Shown: piece after piece, positions 22,288 to 31,332 of the stretch
Layout: the number at the start of each line of letters is the position of its first letter
How positions within the stretch are numbered: position 1 is the first letter of the stretch
DNA from: a virus
Virus record (IMG/VR): IMGVR_UViG_3300017691_000004
Coordinates: 1 to 40,363 of that record
DNA: 40,363 bases
Strand: one strand, 5' to 3'
Notes under the pieces: generated by a model
The model's database searches: none
The model's input: the letters and a program-made list of their open reading frames with translations, nothing else
Told to the model about the DNA's origin: nothing
Translations under genes and position numbers: made by a program

Positions 22288-25200
22288 TTAAAGCCCGTAT
22301 TTCTGGCGCATGTTCGCCAAGATCGTGCCGACGTTCGCCTTGGTCGGGTTCTTCAGCAGCACGCCCTCGACAAACTGGCCGGCGATGGCATCCTGGTTGC
22401 CTTCACCACGGTTGCCGATATGCAGTGCACCCGCACCGAAGGTCGCCGTAAAGCCCCCGGCGCCGTCAGTCACCACGCCTGCGGCATTGATGAACACATT
22501 GCCATCCGTCGTGTAACCAACGCCCGCCGCAAGCATGGCGTTCGCGGTAAAGGGTGCCCCTTCCACCTGCTGGAACTGCCCAGCCTTGGAGCGCAGGGTG
22601 GACACCCGATAGGTCATGGCGATCAGGCCGGCGCTGGTTTCATTGTCGTAGTCATGGGTCTGGCCGGTGGCCAGAAACGTCACCATGCGCTGAGCGGAGT
22701 TGGACCCGTACTGCGACAGAAACACGCCTACGAAACCGAGGCCGCGGGAATTGATGTTCAGCCCCGGAACCAGCAGCTTCTGCGTGCCGTTGAAGTCCAC
22801 CGCCACGAAACCATCCAGCTTCGACAGAAGCGCCTGGTTCTGGATCACCCGCCCGGCATCCGCATAGGGCGTTGTTGCGTGCAGCCCGTTGAACTGGCCG
22901 GTCACGCGCACCGGCTTAGCCACGAACTTGGTGCCGGCAGCAGCCAAATAAGCGTCTCGGCTGGCCACGCCATCGGTCATCATCACCGGGATCGGCGTCT
23001 CAGCGTCCTGCTGCAACCGGGCGATCTCGCCGTTCGCAGCATAGGCCGTGGTCAGCCGGCGGTTGAAGGACCACCCCTCAACGATATCGCCATCATCGAT
23101 GCCGAAAATATTGGTCCCCGGCGTCACCACCGCTGTCGAAACGGTGACGGACAGGTTGACCACCGCGCTGGTGCCGGCGGCATTGGTCAACGATACCGGC
23201 ACCACCTGCGTGCCCGGCGCCTGGCCGGAGAGATCGGTCTTGGGGTAGAGGACGTTGCCGTTGCGGATCTCGTACACGTTCGCATAGGGCGAGCCAACGG
23301 TACCGTATGCAGGCGCACCGCCGGTGTAGGCGATGGTCTTGATCGCATCGGAAGAAGTGGCGCTGGTGGACGCCGATGCGGTCTGCCCGCTGGTCACCAC
23401 CGGTGCGGTCAGCGCGGCCGCCCGGGTCTGGCCATAGCGGACAATCGAGAAGTCCACGTCGTTCCGCAGCGTGTTGTTGTCGGTATACGTCTTGCCACGC
23501 GGCCAACCAGCGATGATCGACAGAGCGGTCTCCACGCCACTCGTCGGCAGGCCGAAGGTCTCGCAGAGATTGCGATATTCGTACATCAGGGCGAGCAAGC
23601 GGAGCGGGTAATCGTTGCCCACATCCACCGCCACGTTCGCGAAGTTGTCGCCGCGCGTCGTGATGCCGCCGCCACCGTTATAGGAGCCCAGCGCCGCATA
23701 GGTGCTGGTCCAGGTGCCGGCAGTCAGCGGAGCCCCGGTCGGGCCGCCGGGCGTCGCGAACCGCAGGTTATACTGCGACACGTCGGCGCCGAACCAGCCC
23801 GTCTGGTTCTGCATCAGCCGGATGAACATCTCGCAGATGCGCTGGGCGTTCTCGACTGCGCCCTCGTACTTCATGAAGGCGCCACGGACACGCATCTGCG
23901 CGTCCATCATCATCTGCCACGGCGCGCCCTGCCCGCCCTGATCGCCGTAGACCCACTCCTCGCAAGCGCCGGCCAGAACCGGACCCTGGGCTGCCGACAG
24001 CTGCGCCCACCGGGCATTGTGTCGGCGAAAGGAGGCTTCGGAGATGATCTGATGAAGACCGCCGTACTGCTCGGCCGCCGGAGCGAGCGCACCGACATTC
24101 TGATGCTGGCGACGCTTCCAGGCCTGGCCGCGCACCTGGTTGCCACGGACGATGTTGGCACCCTCGCCCAACTCGGCCAGCTTGGCACGCCGGGCGGCCT
24201 TGCCAGCCGGCGTGTCGGAGCCATTCCCGGCGGCCTGGGCGAGGTCGCCGCGCTCGCTGCCGTTGGGTGCCGCCTTCATCACGCCATAGGACGCCTGCCC
24301 CAGCAGGCCATCCAGGAACGAACGGCGGCCGGTGAAGGCATAGGGCACGGTGAAGCTGTCGGGCCAGTGGCCTTCTTCCACAACCCAGTCGCCATACGAG
24401 TAGTCAATCTGGCCATCCGTGTATTTCCGGCGGCCGTTGCTCTCAATGAAATCCGGGTCCTGATAGAACAGCCGGCTGTAGGGTCGGTCGATCGGGTTGA
24501 CCCACTGGCCGTTGGCAAAGTCGAAGCAATGCTGGGGGATGCCAAGCGCCGCTTCTGCCTGGCCGATGGCATAGGCGCGAGCGCGCTTGTCGCCGCTGAT
24601 CATCCATGCGGCGTTCGGCTGCGTCGTCTCGCCCACGTCGCCGCGCGCGCCGCTGAAGCCCATGTCCTTCTGAATGTCGCGGTTCGAATAGGGCGTGTTC
24701 CAGTCGGACTGGCCCATCTTGGAGGCATAGAACTGGAGCTTGCTCTCCAGGATGCCCAGGCCCTTGTCGTAGTTGGCGATGATGCCGGTGGGGGAGACGT
24801 ACTCCGGGTCCGGCTTCATGATCACCGCGTCATCGGTCACCGCCTGCCCCTGCGCATCCCACCGCGCGCGCAGCGGCACGGACGAGTAGAGCCAGGACCG
24901 GGTGATGGCCAAGGTCTTGGTGAACCCGTTGTCGCCCACGATCTTCAGCGTGAACGAGGCGTCGCCCATGTTCGGCACGAAGCAGCGCCGGTTCCAGGGA
25001 TTGGCTTCCAGCAGGATTGAGCCGTCCGAATAAGTGGCCAGATCAATCAGCACGTCCACGTTGGTATTGCCGCCCACTGCGGCGCGGGACGGCGAGAAGG
25101 TCTGCCGGGTCTGCGCGCAGAGCGGACCGCTGAACCAGCGGTTGCTGTCGAGCTGGGCCACGCAGTTGAAGGTCTCCGTGGTGGAACCATTGCTGATCTC

Positions 25201-26100
25201 CACCCGGGCAGTGCGGCCGGACAGGGCCGTGGCCATGTTGATCGGGGTGCCGGTCGCGGTGACGCCATCACGCCAGACGCTGGCACTGTTCAGCGCGCCG
25301 TTGGACAGCGCCGGCGCCGGGATGTGCAGCACCGCGTGACGAAAGCTGCCATCCGGCCAAGTGTTGCCCTTGTAGTCCACCTGCGTGGTGACCCGGGTGC
25401 CATTGGCCAAGCGGACGCTCAGCGCGTCGCCCGCATTCAGGTCGCCCTGGCGCATGGGCAGCCCGAAGGTGTGGACCGTGCCGGCCGGCGCGCCCGTGCC
25501 CTCCATCGGATAGGCGGCGAGTTGGCGAGCGGTGCCGGGGTCCACCGGGGTCACAACCTCGGTGATGGTCACCGGCAAGGTGGTGGTCACCGGATCAGCA
25601 CCAGGAAGCGTGTCGGTGAAGGTGAAATTGACGGTGCCGGGCGAGAACGCGATCCCGCCGCTCTCAATCACGGTCTGATTGCTGTTAGACCGATAGCGGG
25701 CGCGCCCATCGTTGGGAGAAAGCGCGGAACGCGTGGCGCCAGATTGAACGTTTGACACCACAAACAACGTGGTGCCTTCCGGCACCGCGTCGGCCACTTC
25801 ACTGCGGCTTGCTGGCGAGAACGTGGGGGGAACCAAGACGCCAGGCTCAGGAGTGGAGCCGCCACCGCCCGGCAAATAACCGCCATCGTCCAGAATTTGC
25901 TGCACCAGAGAACGCGCAGTGTCAGCATCGATCTTATTCGGCACCACGCCTTCCAGCGCGGCAACCCGCGCCGTGATTCCGGTCTTGGCCAGAATGGCCT
26001 CGGGAGACGTTTTCAGCGGTCCCTGCCCAACCTTGGCTACAGGAATAACATGCCCTGCATCCAGAACAGAAACCGGGGTTGCGTCAGTGATCTTTGCCAT
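22288..26100 (-). CDS. Large tail spike/fibre protein (1270 aa), putative glycan-degrading receptor-binding protein
   Basis: The N-terminus MAKITDATPVSVLDAGHVIPVAKVG has the common fibre/spike N-terminal pattern. The size and the position before the lysis cassette fit. The central region is rich in W/Y/H/D, as in carbohydrate-active domains. Confidence 0.7.
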   Translation of the reverse strand: MAKITDATPVSVLDAGHVIPVAKVGQGPLKTSPEAILAKTGITARVAALEGVVPNKIDADTARSLVQQILDDGGYLPGGGGSTPEPGVLVPPTFSPASRSEVADAVPEGTTLFVVSNVQSGATRSALSPNDGRARYRSNSNQTVIESGGIAFSPGTVNFTFTDTLPGADPVTTTLPVTITEVVTPVDPGTARQLAAYPMEGTGAPAGTVHTFGLPMRQGDLNAGDALSVRLANGTRVTTQVDYKGNTWPDGSFRHAVLHIPAPALSNGALNSASVWRDGVTATGTPINMATALSGRTARVEISNGSTTETFNCVAQLDSNRWFSGPLCAQTRQTFSPSRAAVGGNTNVDVLIDLATYSDGSILLEANPWNRRCFVPNMGDASFTLKIVGDNGFTKTLAITRSWLYSSVPLRARWDAQGQAVTDDAVIMKPDPEYVSPTGIIANYDKGLGILESKLQFYASKMGQSDWNTPYSNRDIQKDMGFSGARGDVGETTQPNAAWMISGDKRARAYAIGQAEAALGIPQHCFDFANGQWVNPIDRPYSRLFYQDPDFIESNGRRKYTDGQIDYSYGDWVVEEGHWPDSFTVPYAFTGRRSFLDGLLGQASYGVMKAAPNGSERGDLAQAAGNGSDTPAGKAARRAKLAELGEGANIVRGNQVRGQAWKRRQHQNVGALAPAAEQYGGLHQIISEASFRRHNARWAQLSAAQGPVLAGACEEWVYGDQGGQGAPWQMMMDAQMRVRGAFMKYEGAVENAQRICEMFIRLMQNQTGWFGADVSQYNLRFATPGGPTGAPLTAGTWTSTYAALGSYNGGGGITTRGDNFANVAVDVGNDYPLRLLALMYEYRNLCETFGLPTSGVETALSIIAGWPRGKTYTDNNTLRNDVDFSIVRYGQTRAAALTAPVVTSGQTASASTSATSSDAIKTIAYTGGAPAYGTVGSPYANVYEIRNGNVLYPKTDLSGQAPGTQVVPVSLTNAAGTSAVVNLSVTVSTAVVTPGTNIFGIDDGDIVEGWSFNRRLTTAYAANGEIARLQQDAETPIPVMMTDGVASRDAYLAAAGTKFVAKPVRVTGQFNGLHATTPYADAGRVIQNQALLSKLDGFVAVDFNGTQKLLVPGLNINSRGLGFVGVFLSQYGSNSAQRMVTFLATGQTHDYDNETSAGLIAMTYRVSTLRSKAGQFQQVEGAPFTANAMLAAGVGYTTDGNVFINAAGVVTDGAGGFTATFGAGALHIGNRGEGNQDAIAGQFVEGVLLKNPTKANVGTILANMRQKYGL

Positions 26101-26430
26101 TCAGCCGAACTCCACCAGGGAACCATCGTCCCATTGCAAAACGTTGGGTTGCAAATCAGCCAAAGCTTCGGCCACGGCCTGTCTCACAACATCAGCGATA
26201 TCGGTAATATCACCAATTAGCCCGCCTGGCGCTAGAACTTCATCTTCAGCAAGACCGCCCAATGGTGTTGAACCATCGGGCGTGTAGCCATCCGAGTTAT
26301 TGCCCTGTAAGTCCAGAAGCATCTTGGCTTCCAGACTTTGAGCGAGGGTCAGGCCTCCAGCGCCACGGGCAATCTTTTGCGCTTCGGTATCAAGCCTAAC
26401 CTGCGCCCCACGGCCTGGGTTTGGTGCCAT
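26101..26430 (-). CDS. Small protein, member B of the RGAQVRL-motif family
   Basis: MAPNPGRGAQVRLDTEAQKIARGAGG...DGYTPDGSTP. It lies immediately upstream of the 1270-aa gene and in the same frame, separated by one TGA. Confidence 0.6.
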   Translation of the reverse strand: MAPNPGRGAQVRLDTEAQKIARGAGGLTLAQSLEAKMLLDLQGNNSDGYTPDGSTPLGGLAEDEVLAPGGLIGDITDIADVVRQAVAEALADLQPNVLQWDDGSLVEFG

Positions 26431-26442
26431 ATCAGCAGCCTC

Positions 26443-27438
26443 CTAGCGGCCGTAGACGACGATGGTTACTGCGGTAGACGGCGCAGTCTCGAACGGACCC
26501 GCAGTCAACAGCAGCGTGCCCTTGGACCGCTTCACCAAGACAGTGCATCCGGTCAGAGTCTTAGCCGTGACGCCGCCACCCACATACTGATCGCTCACCC
26601 ACGTCGGGTTGATGCGAATGTCCAAGACCTCAGTAAAGGCGGATGAGAAGGTGAAGGTAGCGATGCCGCTGGTGTTGCTGGTGGCGGTGTAAATTTCGAT
26701 GCGAGTTGGAACGCCGGCAGGGCCTTGCGCACCAGTGGCGCCCGTCGCTCCCTGAGGGCCAGTGACACCCTGCGGGCCAGTGGCGCCCGTATCGCCTTTG
26801 GCGCCAGTAGCCCCGGCCGCTCCAGTGTCCCCCTTGGGACCAACAGCGCCTATCGCACCAACGTCACCCTTGGGACCGGTGGCGCCAACGGCGCCAGTCG
26901 CGCCCGTGTCGCCTTTTGGCCCAGTTGGTCCGACAGAGCCAGTAGCTCCGGTATCTCCCTTAGGGCCTGTAGCTCCAGCAGGACCGACAGCACCTGCTGC
27001 GCCAGTATCGCCTTTCGGGCCGGTGGGGCCAGCGGCTCCTGTCGCTCCGGTGTCGCCCTTTGGTCCAGTCGCACCAGTGGAGCCAGCGGGGCCGGTGGGG
27101 CCTACAGCGCCAGTATCACCTTTGGCACCAGCAGGTCCGGCAGCGCCAGTAGACCCGGTGTCACCTTTGGGACCAGTAGGACCAGCAGGGCCTTGGCTCC
27201 CAGCAATCCCTGTATCGCCCTTAGGTCCGGCAGGACCAGTCGCACCCGCCGGCCCCGGCACAGGCGCCTTCTGCTCCAACACCCCAACCCGATCCGTCAG
27301 CGCCAACCGCGCGTCACGACCGGTATTCAGTCGGTTCGTAACCTCGGCGAATGCAGCCGGGATCGGGTCCATATTGCCATGGGCAGCCTGCGCCGAGAGA
27401 ACGTCTACCGGCTTCACTTCATCAGGATTGTCGCTCAT
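26443..27438 (-). CDS. Collagen-like triple-helix-repeat fibre protein with a globular C-terminal domain
   Basis: About 60 uninterrupted G-X-Y triplets (aa 62-242), with the recurring unit GPKGDTG. The 90-aa C-terminus is beta-rich ([20 protein letters not shown]...). Confidence 0.9.
   Translation of the reverse strand: MSDNPDEVKPVDVLSAQAAHGNMDPIPAAFAEVTNRLNTGRDARLALTDRVGVLEQKAPVPGPAGATGPAGPKGDTGIAGSQGPAGPTGPKGDTGSTGAAGPAGAKGDTGAVGPTGPAGSTGATGPKGDTGATGAAGPTGPKGDTGAAGAVGPAGATGPKGDTGATGSVGPTGPKGDTGATGAVGATGPKGDVGAIGAVGPKGDTGAAGATGAKGDTGATGPQGVTGPQGATGATGAQGPAGVPTRIEIYTATSNTSGIATFTFSSAFTEVLDIRINPTWVSDQYVGGGVTAKTLTGCTVLVKRSKGTLLLTAGPFETAPSTAVTIVVYGR
26713..27255. repeat. Coding tandem repeat (9-nt periodic G-X-Y region of the collagen-like gene)
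   Basis: Repeated ggnccnaarggngayacngg-type units are visible on the minus sense. Confidence 0.85.
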
Positions 27439-27731
27439 GCCTGCCTCTGCTGAACGCCAGCCGTGTTGCGATAGAAGCCGCCGACAGGGACGCCAGCAGC
27501 CGCAGCCGCCGCGTCATTGGCCGCAATGGGGAACAGCGGCGTAATCAACGGGTCCAAATCAATCCCGCCATCAGGGTTCGGCTGACTGGGCGTTCCGTAG
27601 TTATCCAGCGTCGTCACGGCATTGCGAGCGTCCAGATTGCCCTCCTGCGAACCGCTCACCGCACCTCGCGCGGCAGCCTGTGCGACCCCTGACAGGACCA
27701 CTTGGGCGCCATGCCCACTATCGGATGCCAT
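27435..27731 (-). CDS. Small protein, member C of the RGAQVRL-motif family
   Basis: [27 protein letters not shown]...[11 protein letters not shown]. It has an ATGA overlap with the collagen-like gene. Confidence 0.6.
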   Translation of the reverse strand: MASDSGHGAQVVLSGVAQAAARGAVSGSQEGNLDARNAVTTLDNYGTPSQPNPDGGIDLDPLITPLFPIAANDAAAAAAGVPVGGFYRNTAGVQQRQA

Positions 27732-27769
27732 TGCTGGATTCCTTTCGCGAAGATGAGTAAGCTAAGCCC

Positions 27770-27970
27770 ATGCCCGCCATGATCCTACAATGCGCCATGA
27801 CTTGCATCTTCTCTTTCGTCGGCTTCTGGTGGGCATACGATATGCCGAACACCGCAGCACGAACACTCGCCGCCGTTATAACAGGATTTGGCGGCATTTG
27901 GCTCACCATGTTTGCATGGGCATGGGTGCTGCACGGCTGGAAAGCCGCCCGCACCCTGTCCATGGACTAG
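27770..27970 (+). CDS. 66-aa two-TM membrane protein encoded antisense to the tail operon (moron-like)
   Basis: MPAMILQCAMTCIFSFVGFWWAYDMPNTAARTLAAVITGFGGIWLTMFAWAWVLHGWKAARTLSMD has two aromatic-belted hydrophobic helices. It occupies the 235-nt gap between two minus-strand genes. Confidence 0.45.
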   Translation: MPAMILQCAMTCIFSFVGFWWAYDMPNTAARTLAAVITGFGGIWLTMFAWAWVLHGWKAARTLSMD

Positions 27971-29703
27971 TCATTGATCTGCGCCAGCCCCTGCTGAGCG
28001 AGCAGGTTGTTCCGCAGGCCGGAGATGGCCTGGCGGGTGCCGGGGCGGACGGCCTGATTGCGCAGATAGGACTGCATCAGCGGGTTAACGTAGGCGGCGC
28101 GAGCAATGGCTGGCAAAGCCAGGCCACCAATGGCACCGACACCAGCACCAATCGGCCCGCCGATCATGGCGCCGACAGCCGAACCGCCAGCTGAGAACCC
28201 GCCGCCAGTCAAAAGCTGATTCATCTGCGTGCGGCCCGCCGTGCCGCTATCGGGTGGGGCACGAAGCACGCCCTGGCCAATACGCGCCAGCTCGTTTAGA
28301 TCACCCTGACCGCGCGCGTATCCTTGGCCGGTACTCTGGTTGACCGCGCTGCGGAGGGCCAGAGGACTGATATTGCCTTCAGCAGCCCCGGAACCAGCGC
28401 CGCCAACTGCTTTCTCAGCCACCATAAGGTTCGCATACTCACGCCGTGCTTGCTGCCACTCGGCCTGATCCGCCGGGCTGATGCTGTCGTCCATGGCAGT
28501 GCGCAGACGACCACGAATATCGCTCAAAGCCGACCGCAGGTCGCCGTTAGACGTGCTTCGGATATTCCGTCCAAGCTCACTATCAAGCTGACGGTAGGAA
28601 TAGCCAGGAACCGTTCCGATTACGCTATTTGGCGTGGTTACAGATCCAGTGGGGATCTGATTCGGAGTCATCATCCCACGAATCTGCTCAATCCGCGCGC
28701 GAATTGGACCACCCACCTCAGGCGTCAGAAAGCGCAAGCTGCCTTCGATATTCCGAAGGTCAGTATCTACACCAGAGGTGAAATTCATGGTGTTACGATT
28801 GGCCAAATCCCCAATCTGGCCGCCAATACGCGCTCGCTCCCGGTTCAACACGTCAGGGCCGGCATTGTCCGCCACAGCTCCCGCCCGACTGAGAACCGCA
28901 CGGTTAAATGCCTGCTGCTGCGTCTGAGCAAACGCCGCCTCAGCTCCAGACGTGCCGGGCAGCTGAGCAAACGATCCCTCCATGTTCTGAAGAACACGCG
29001 ATCCCGTCGCCTGCCCAGCGGACAGCGGAATGCCCTCCCGCTCAGCAGCCGCCACCAAGGCCGCCCGCGCCGGGCTGAGGGTGTTGGTCACAGGCGAGAT
29101 CAGCCGTGCCGCACCCGCAGCGCCAAAGGGCAGAGCTAGTGTAGCTGCTACACCAGCTAGCGGGCTATTCGTAGCTTCTCTTACTGCGCCGCCCAAGGCA
29201 CCACTAGCCAGCTGGACCACAGGCAGTGCGCTGAGAGAACTACCCACTCGTTCGAGAAGCCCCCCCGCCTGAGCATATCTGGACGCCCCAAGCGCGGGCA
29301 CCAAAGTCGCAGCCGCATCGACTGCGCCAGTCCCCGCCCCGTAGGCTGCCCGCTCCAAAGTCCCTTGAGGCTCAGGCGCCTTGCCGGTGATCCCACGGAT
29401 GCCACGTTGAATACTGGCCGAGCCACCAAACGCATCCTCTGGCACCGGCACGCCAATGGCGCGCAAGCCCTTGCCAGCCAGATCCACCGGAGCGCCCAGA
29501 ACATCAGACAAGCGGTCATTCACGCCAGCCGCAGCCTGCGTGGGAATCGCCATGGCCTGCTCTGCCAAGCCACGCTGTGGTGCAGCCTGCTCGGCCGGCA
29601 TGTTCTGCCGGAAGTATTTCAATACCTCATCCTGAGACGCCCCATCAGGCGCGGTGATGACGAACTTCCGGCCATCCGGTGCGGAGATTTCGAAATCAGG
29701 CAT
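27967..29703 (-). CDS. Putative internal virion / DNA-ejection protein
   Basis: A 578-aa ORF in a position analogous to the P22 ejection-protein genes. It has a Gly-rich hydrophobic C-terminal segment GGGFSAGGSAVGAMIGGPIGAGVGAIGGLALPAI. Confidence 0.45.
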   Translation of the reverse strand: MPDFEISAPDGRKFVITAPDGASQDEVLKYFRQNMPAEQAAPQRGLAEQAMAIPTQAAAGVNDRLSDVLGAPVDLAGKGLRAIGVPVPEDAFGGSASIQRGIRGITGKAPEPQGTLERAAYGAGTGAVDAAATLVPALGASRYAQAGGLLERVGSSLSALPVVQLASGALGGAVREATNSPLAGVAATLALPFGAAGAARLISPVTNTLSPARAALVAAAEREGIPLSAGQATGSRVLQNMEGSFAQLPGTSGAEAAFAQTQQQAFNRAVLSRAGAVADNAGPDVLNRERARIGGQIGDLANRNTMNFTSGVDTDLRNIEGSLRFLTPEVGGPIRARIEQIRGMMTPNQIPTGSVTTPNSVIGTVPGYSYRQLDSELGRNIRSTSNGDLRSALSDIRGRLRTAMDDSISPADQAEWQQARREYANLMVAEKAVGGAGSGAAEGNISPLALRSAVNQSTGQGYARGQGDLNELARIGQGVLRAPPDSGTAGRTQMNQLLTGGGFSAGGSAVGAMIGGPIGAGVGAIGGLALPAIARAAYVNPLMQSYLRNQAVRPGTRQAISGLRNNLLAQQGLAQIND

Positions 29704-31332
29704 TTACTGCACCGGGCGGATAGACCACCCGCCTCCCTGAGCGGAAGCTTGCGTGGTGGTCGTGGCTGGGGCCGGGCTGGATTCACCACCAGACCCGCGC
29801 CCCACCGAAGCCGGAACGTTGGTGAACGGCGACACGTCCGTTTCAGGCAGACCGTTCTCAGTGCGGCGCCGATTGATCAACTGCGTGCGGTAGCGAATCG
29901 CCCGCTCGTTCAACCGCTGCAATTCTTCCAAACGCTGCTTCACCACACCCGGTGAGTTGATGTTGTCCATCAGTTCAGCCGCCGCTCGCTGAGCATCGCC
30001 ATCCGTCTGCACGCCCTTGTTGAGGCGAAGGCTGTCATTGACAATGCGCGTCATGGTGGAGCGGTAAGACTGAAGGTTCCGGCTGTTCTCAGTGTCAGCG
30101 CCGAAGAAATTAGCGCCAGTATCGATGGCATTACTGACCAAGCCGAAGTTCAGCTTACCGCTATCGATCTGGCCACGCAGCGATGCCAAGTCGGACGAGA
30201 TGCCAGATGCCGTCTGAATGGCATCAATGTCCTCTTGCTCGGCCTTCTGAATGAAGGGCGGGATAGGAGCACCAGTCCGACGAGCAGACGCCATGGCGCG
30301 GGCCTGCTCAGGGTCAGCCGGGCCACCCGGAATTGCCTCAAGCCCACCTTCTGCGGTCGCCCGGTAACCCGGCGGAATACCTTCACGAGCCGCAGCGCGC
30401 CGCGCGGCCTCATCTTGGCGCTGAGCCGTCTGCTGCTGAAGCCGCAGCAACTCAGCCTGCCGAGCGTTGTCCGCAGCCCGATCAGCCGCCATGGAACTCT
30501 GCTGATTCATCTGCATCATCAGCCCCGGCACCGCACCAGGGTTGGTCTGAGCAGTCACAGCCAGAAGGCGGCGCTGTTCTGGCGTCAAGCCACCAGAAAC
30601 AGGCGCAGCGGCAGGCGGCGCTACGCCCTCATAGGCGCCATTGAAACCGGGATTAGCGCGGAAAGTCGTGCCAACTGGTTGCCCGGTCAAAGCACTGGCT
30701 CGCTGCATGCTAATCTGACGCATCGCCTCCTGCTTCTGCTCAGGAGTGAGGTTTGGATCTTCATTGATCCTATCACGCTCAGCACCAGCAGAAACGTTGT
30801 CGGCTCGCACTGCCTGACTACCGTTACCACCCTGATAGGTGCCGGGAGTAGCGGGGGTTACAGGTGCGGCGGATGGCATCGACACAGGCGTGTATCCCGG
30901 CGTCGCGCCACCCATAGATGCGCCACCAGCAGCAGGAACACCACCGAACAGGCCAGCCAACGCCTCGCTCTGGCGCCGCTTCTCTTCGATCTGCAACCGC
31001 TGAAACGTCGTCAGATCCGACGCCGCCACAGACTTCAGGCGCTCCAAGCCAGGGAACTGCTCGGGCAGATCACGGCCGAATCCGGCCGCCTGCAACCGCT
31101 GACGCTCCTGACCCCAAGCCGCTGCCGCCTGATCTTCTGGCATCCCGACCAGCTGGCGCGCCAAGCCAATGCGGGCCTCCGTATCCCGCTGATACGTCTG
31201 CTGCTGCTGGTCCTGCTGCGCGTTCTGCATCAGAAGCTGGTTGCGTTGAAAGCCTTGCACCTGAGCATCCACGCGCGCGGGATCGAACAGGATGTTGGGC
31301 GATGCAGACGCAATGGGGCCAAAGGTCGCCAT
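29704..31332 (-). CDS. Putative internal virion / DNA-ejection protein (Gln/Ala-rich)
   Basis: A 542-aa ORF with low-complexity Q/A/R-rich helices, coupled to both neighbours. Confidence 0.45.
   Translation of the reverse strand: MATFGPIASASPNILFDPARVDAQVQGFQRNQLLMQNAQQDQQQQTYQRDTEARIGLARQLVGMPEDQAAAAWGQERQRLQAAGFGRDLPEQFPGLERLKSVAASDLTTFQRLQIEEKRRQSEALAGLFGGVPAAGGASMGGATPGYTPVSMPSAAPVTPATPGTYQGGNGSQAVRADNVSAGAERDRINEDPNLTPEQKQEAMRQISMQRASALTGQPVGTTFRANPGFNGAYEGVAPPAAAPVSGGLTPEQRRLLAVTAQTNPGAVPGLMMQMNQQSSMAADRAADNARQAELLRLQQQTAQRQDEAARRAAAREGIPPGYRATAEGGLEAIPGGPADPEQARAMASARRTGAPIPPFIQKAEQEDIDAIQTASGISSDLASLRGQIDSGKLNFGLVSNAIDTGANFFGADTENSRNLQSYRSTMTRIVNDSLRLNKGVQTDGDAQRAAAELMDNINSPGVVKQRLEELQRLNERAIRYRTQLINRRRTENGLPETDVSPFTNVPASVGRGSGGESSPAPATTTTQASAQGGGWSIRPVQ

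Noticed and set aside
22249-25020. A 923-aa plus-strand ORF, the second-longest in the window.
   Set aside because: It lies entirely antisense to the 1270-aa spike gene. Its R/G/H/A/P-rich, low-complexity composition is typical of shadow frames in GC-rich DNA. It has no motif or ribosome-binding site and would break the otherwise uniform minus-strand operon.
26713-27255. A highly periodic repeat region, considered as a possible CRISPR array or non-coding satellite.
   Set aside because: The period is 9 nt with no repeat-spacer structure, and the region is an open frame encoding Gly-X-Y triplets.
26762-27544. A 260-aa Pro/Ala/Val-rich plus-strand ORF with 9-nt periodicity, considered as a second repeat protein.
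   Set aside because: It is the reverse-complement frame of the G-X-Y repeat. Its periodicity is inherited from the collagen-like gene on the minus strand, which has a proper start, coupling and a globular C-terminal domain.
27718-27963. An 81-aa minus-strand ORF in the gap of the tail operon.
   Set aside because: Its composition (HQKPTKEKMQVMAH...) looks like the complement of a membrane-protein gene, and it overlaps the next gene's start by 14 nt with no ribosome-binding site. The plus-strand 2-TM ORF is preferred, but this remains uncertain.
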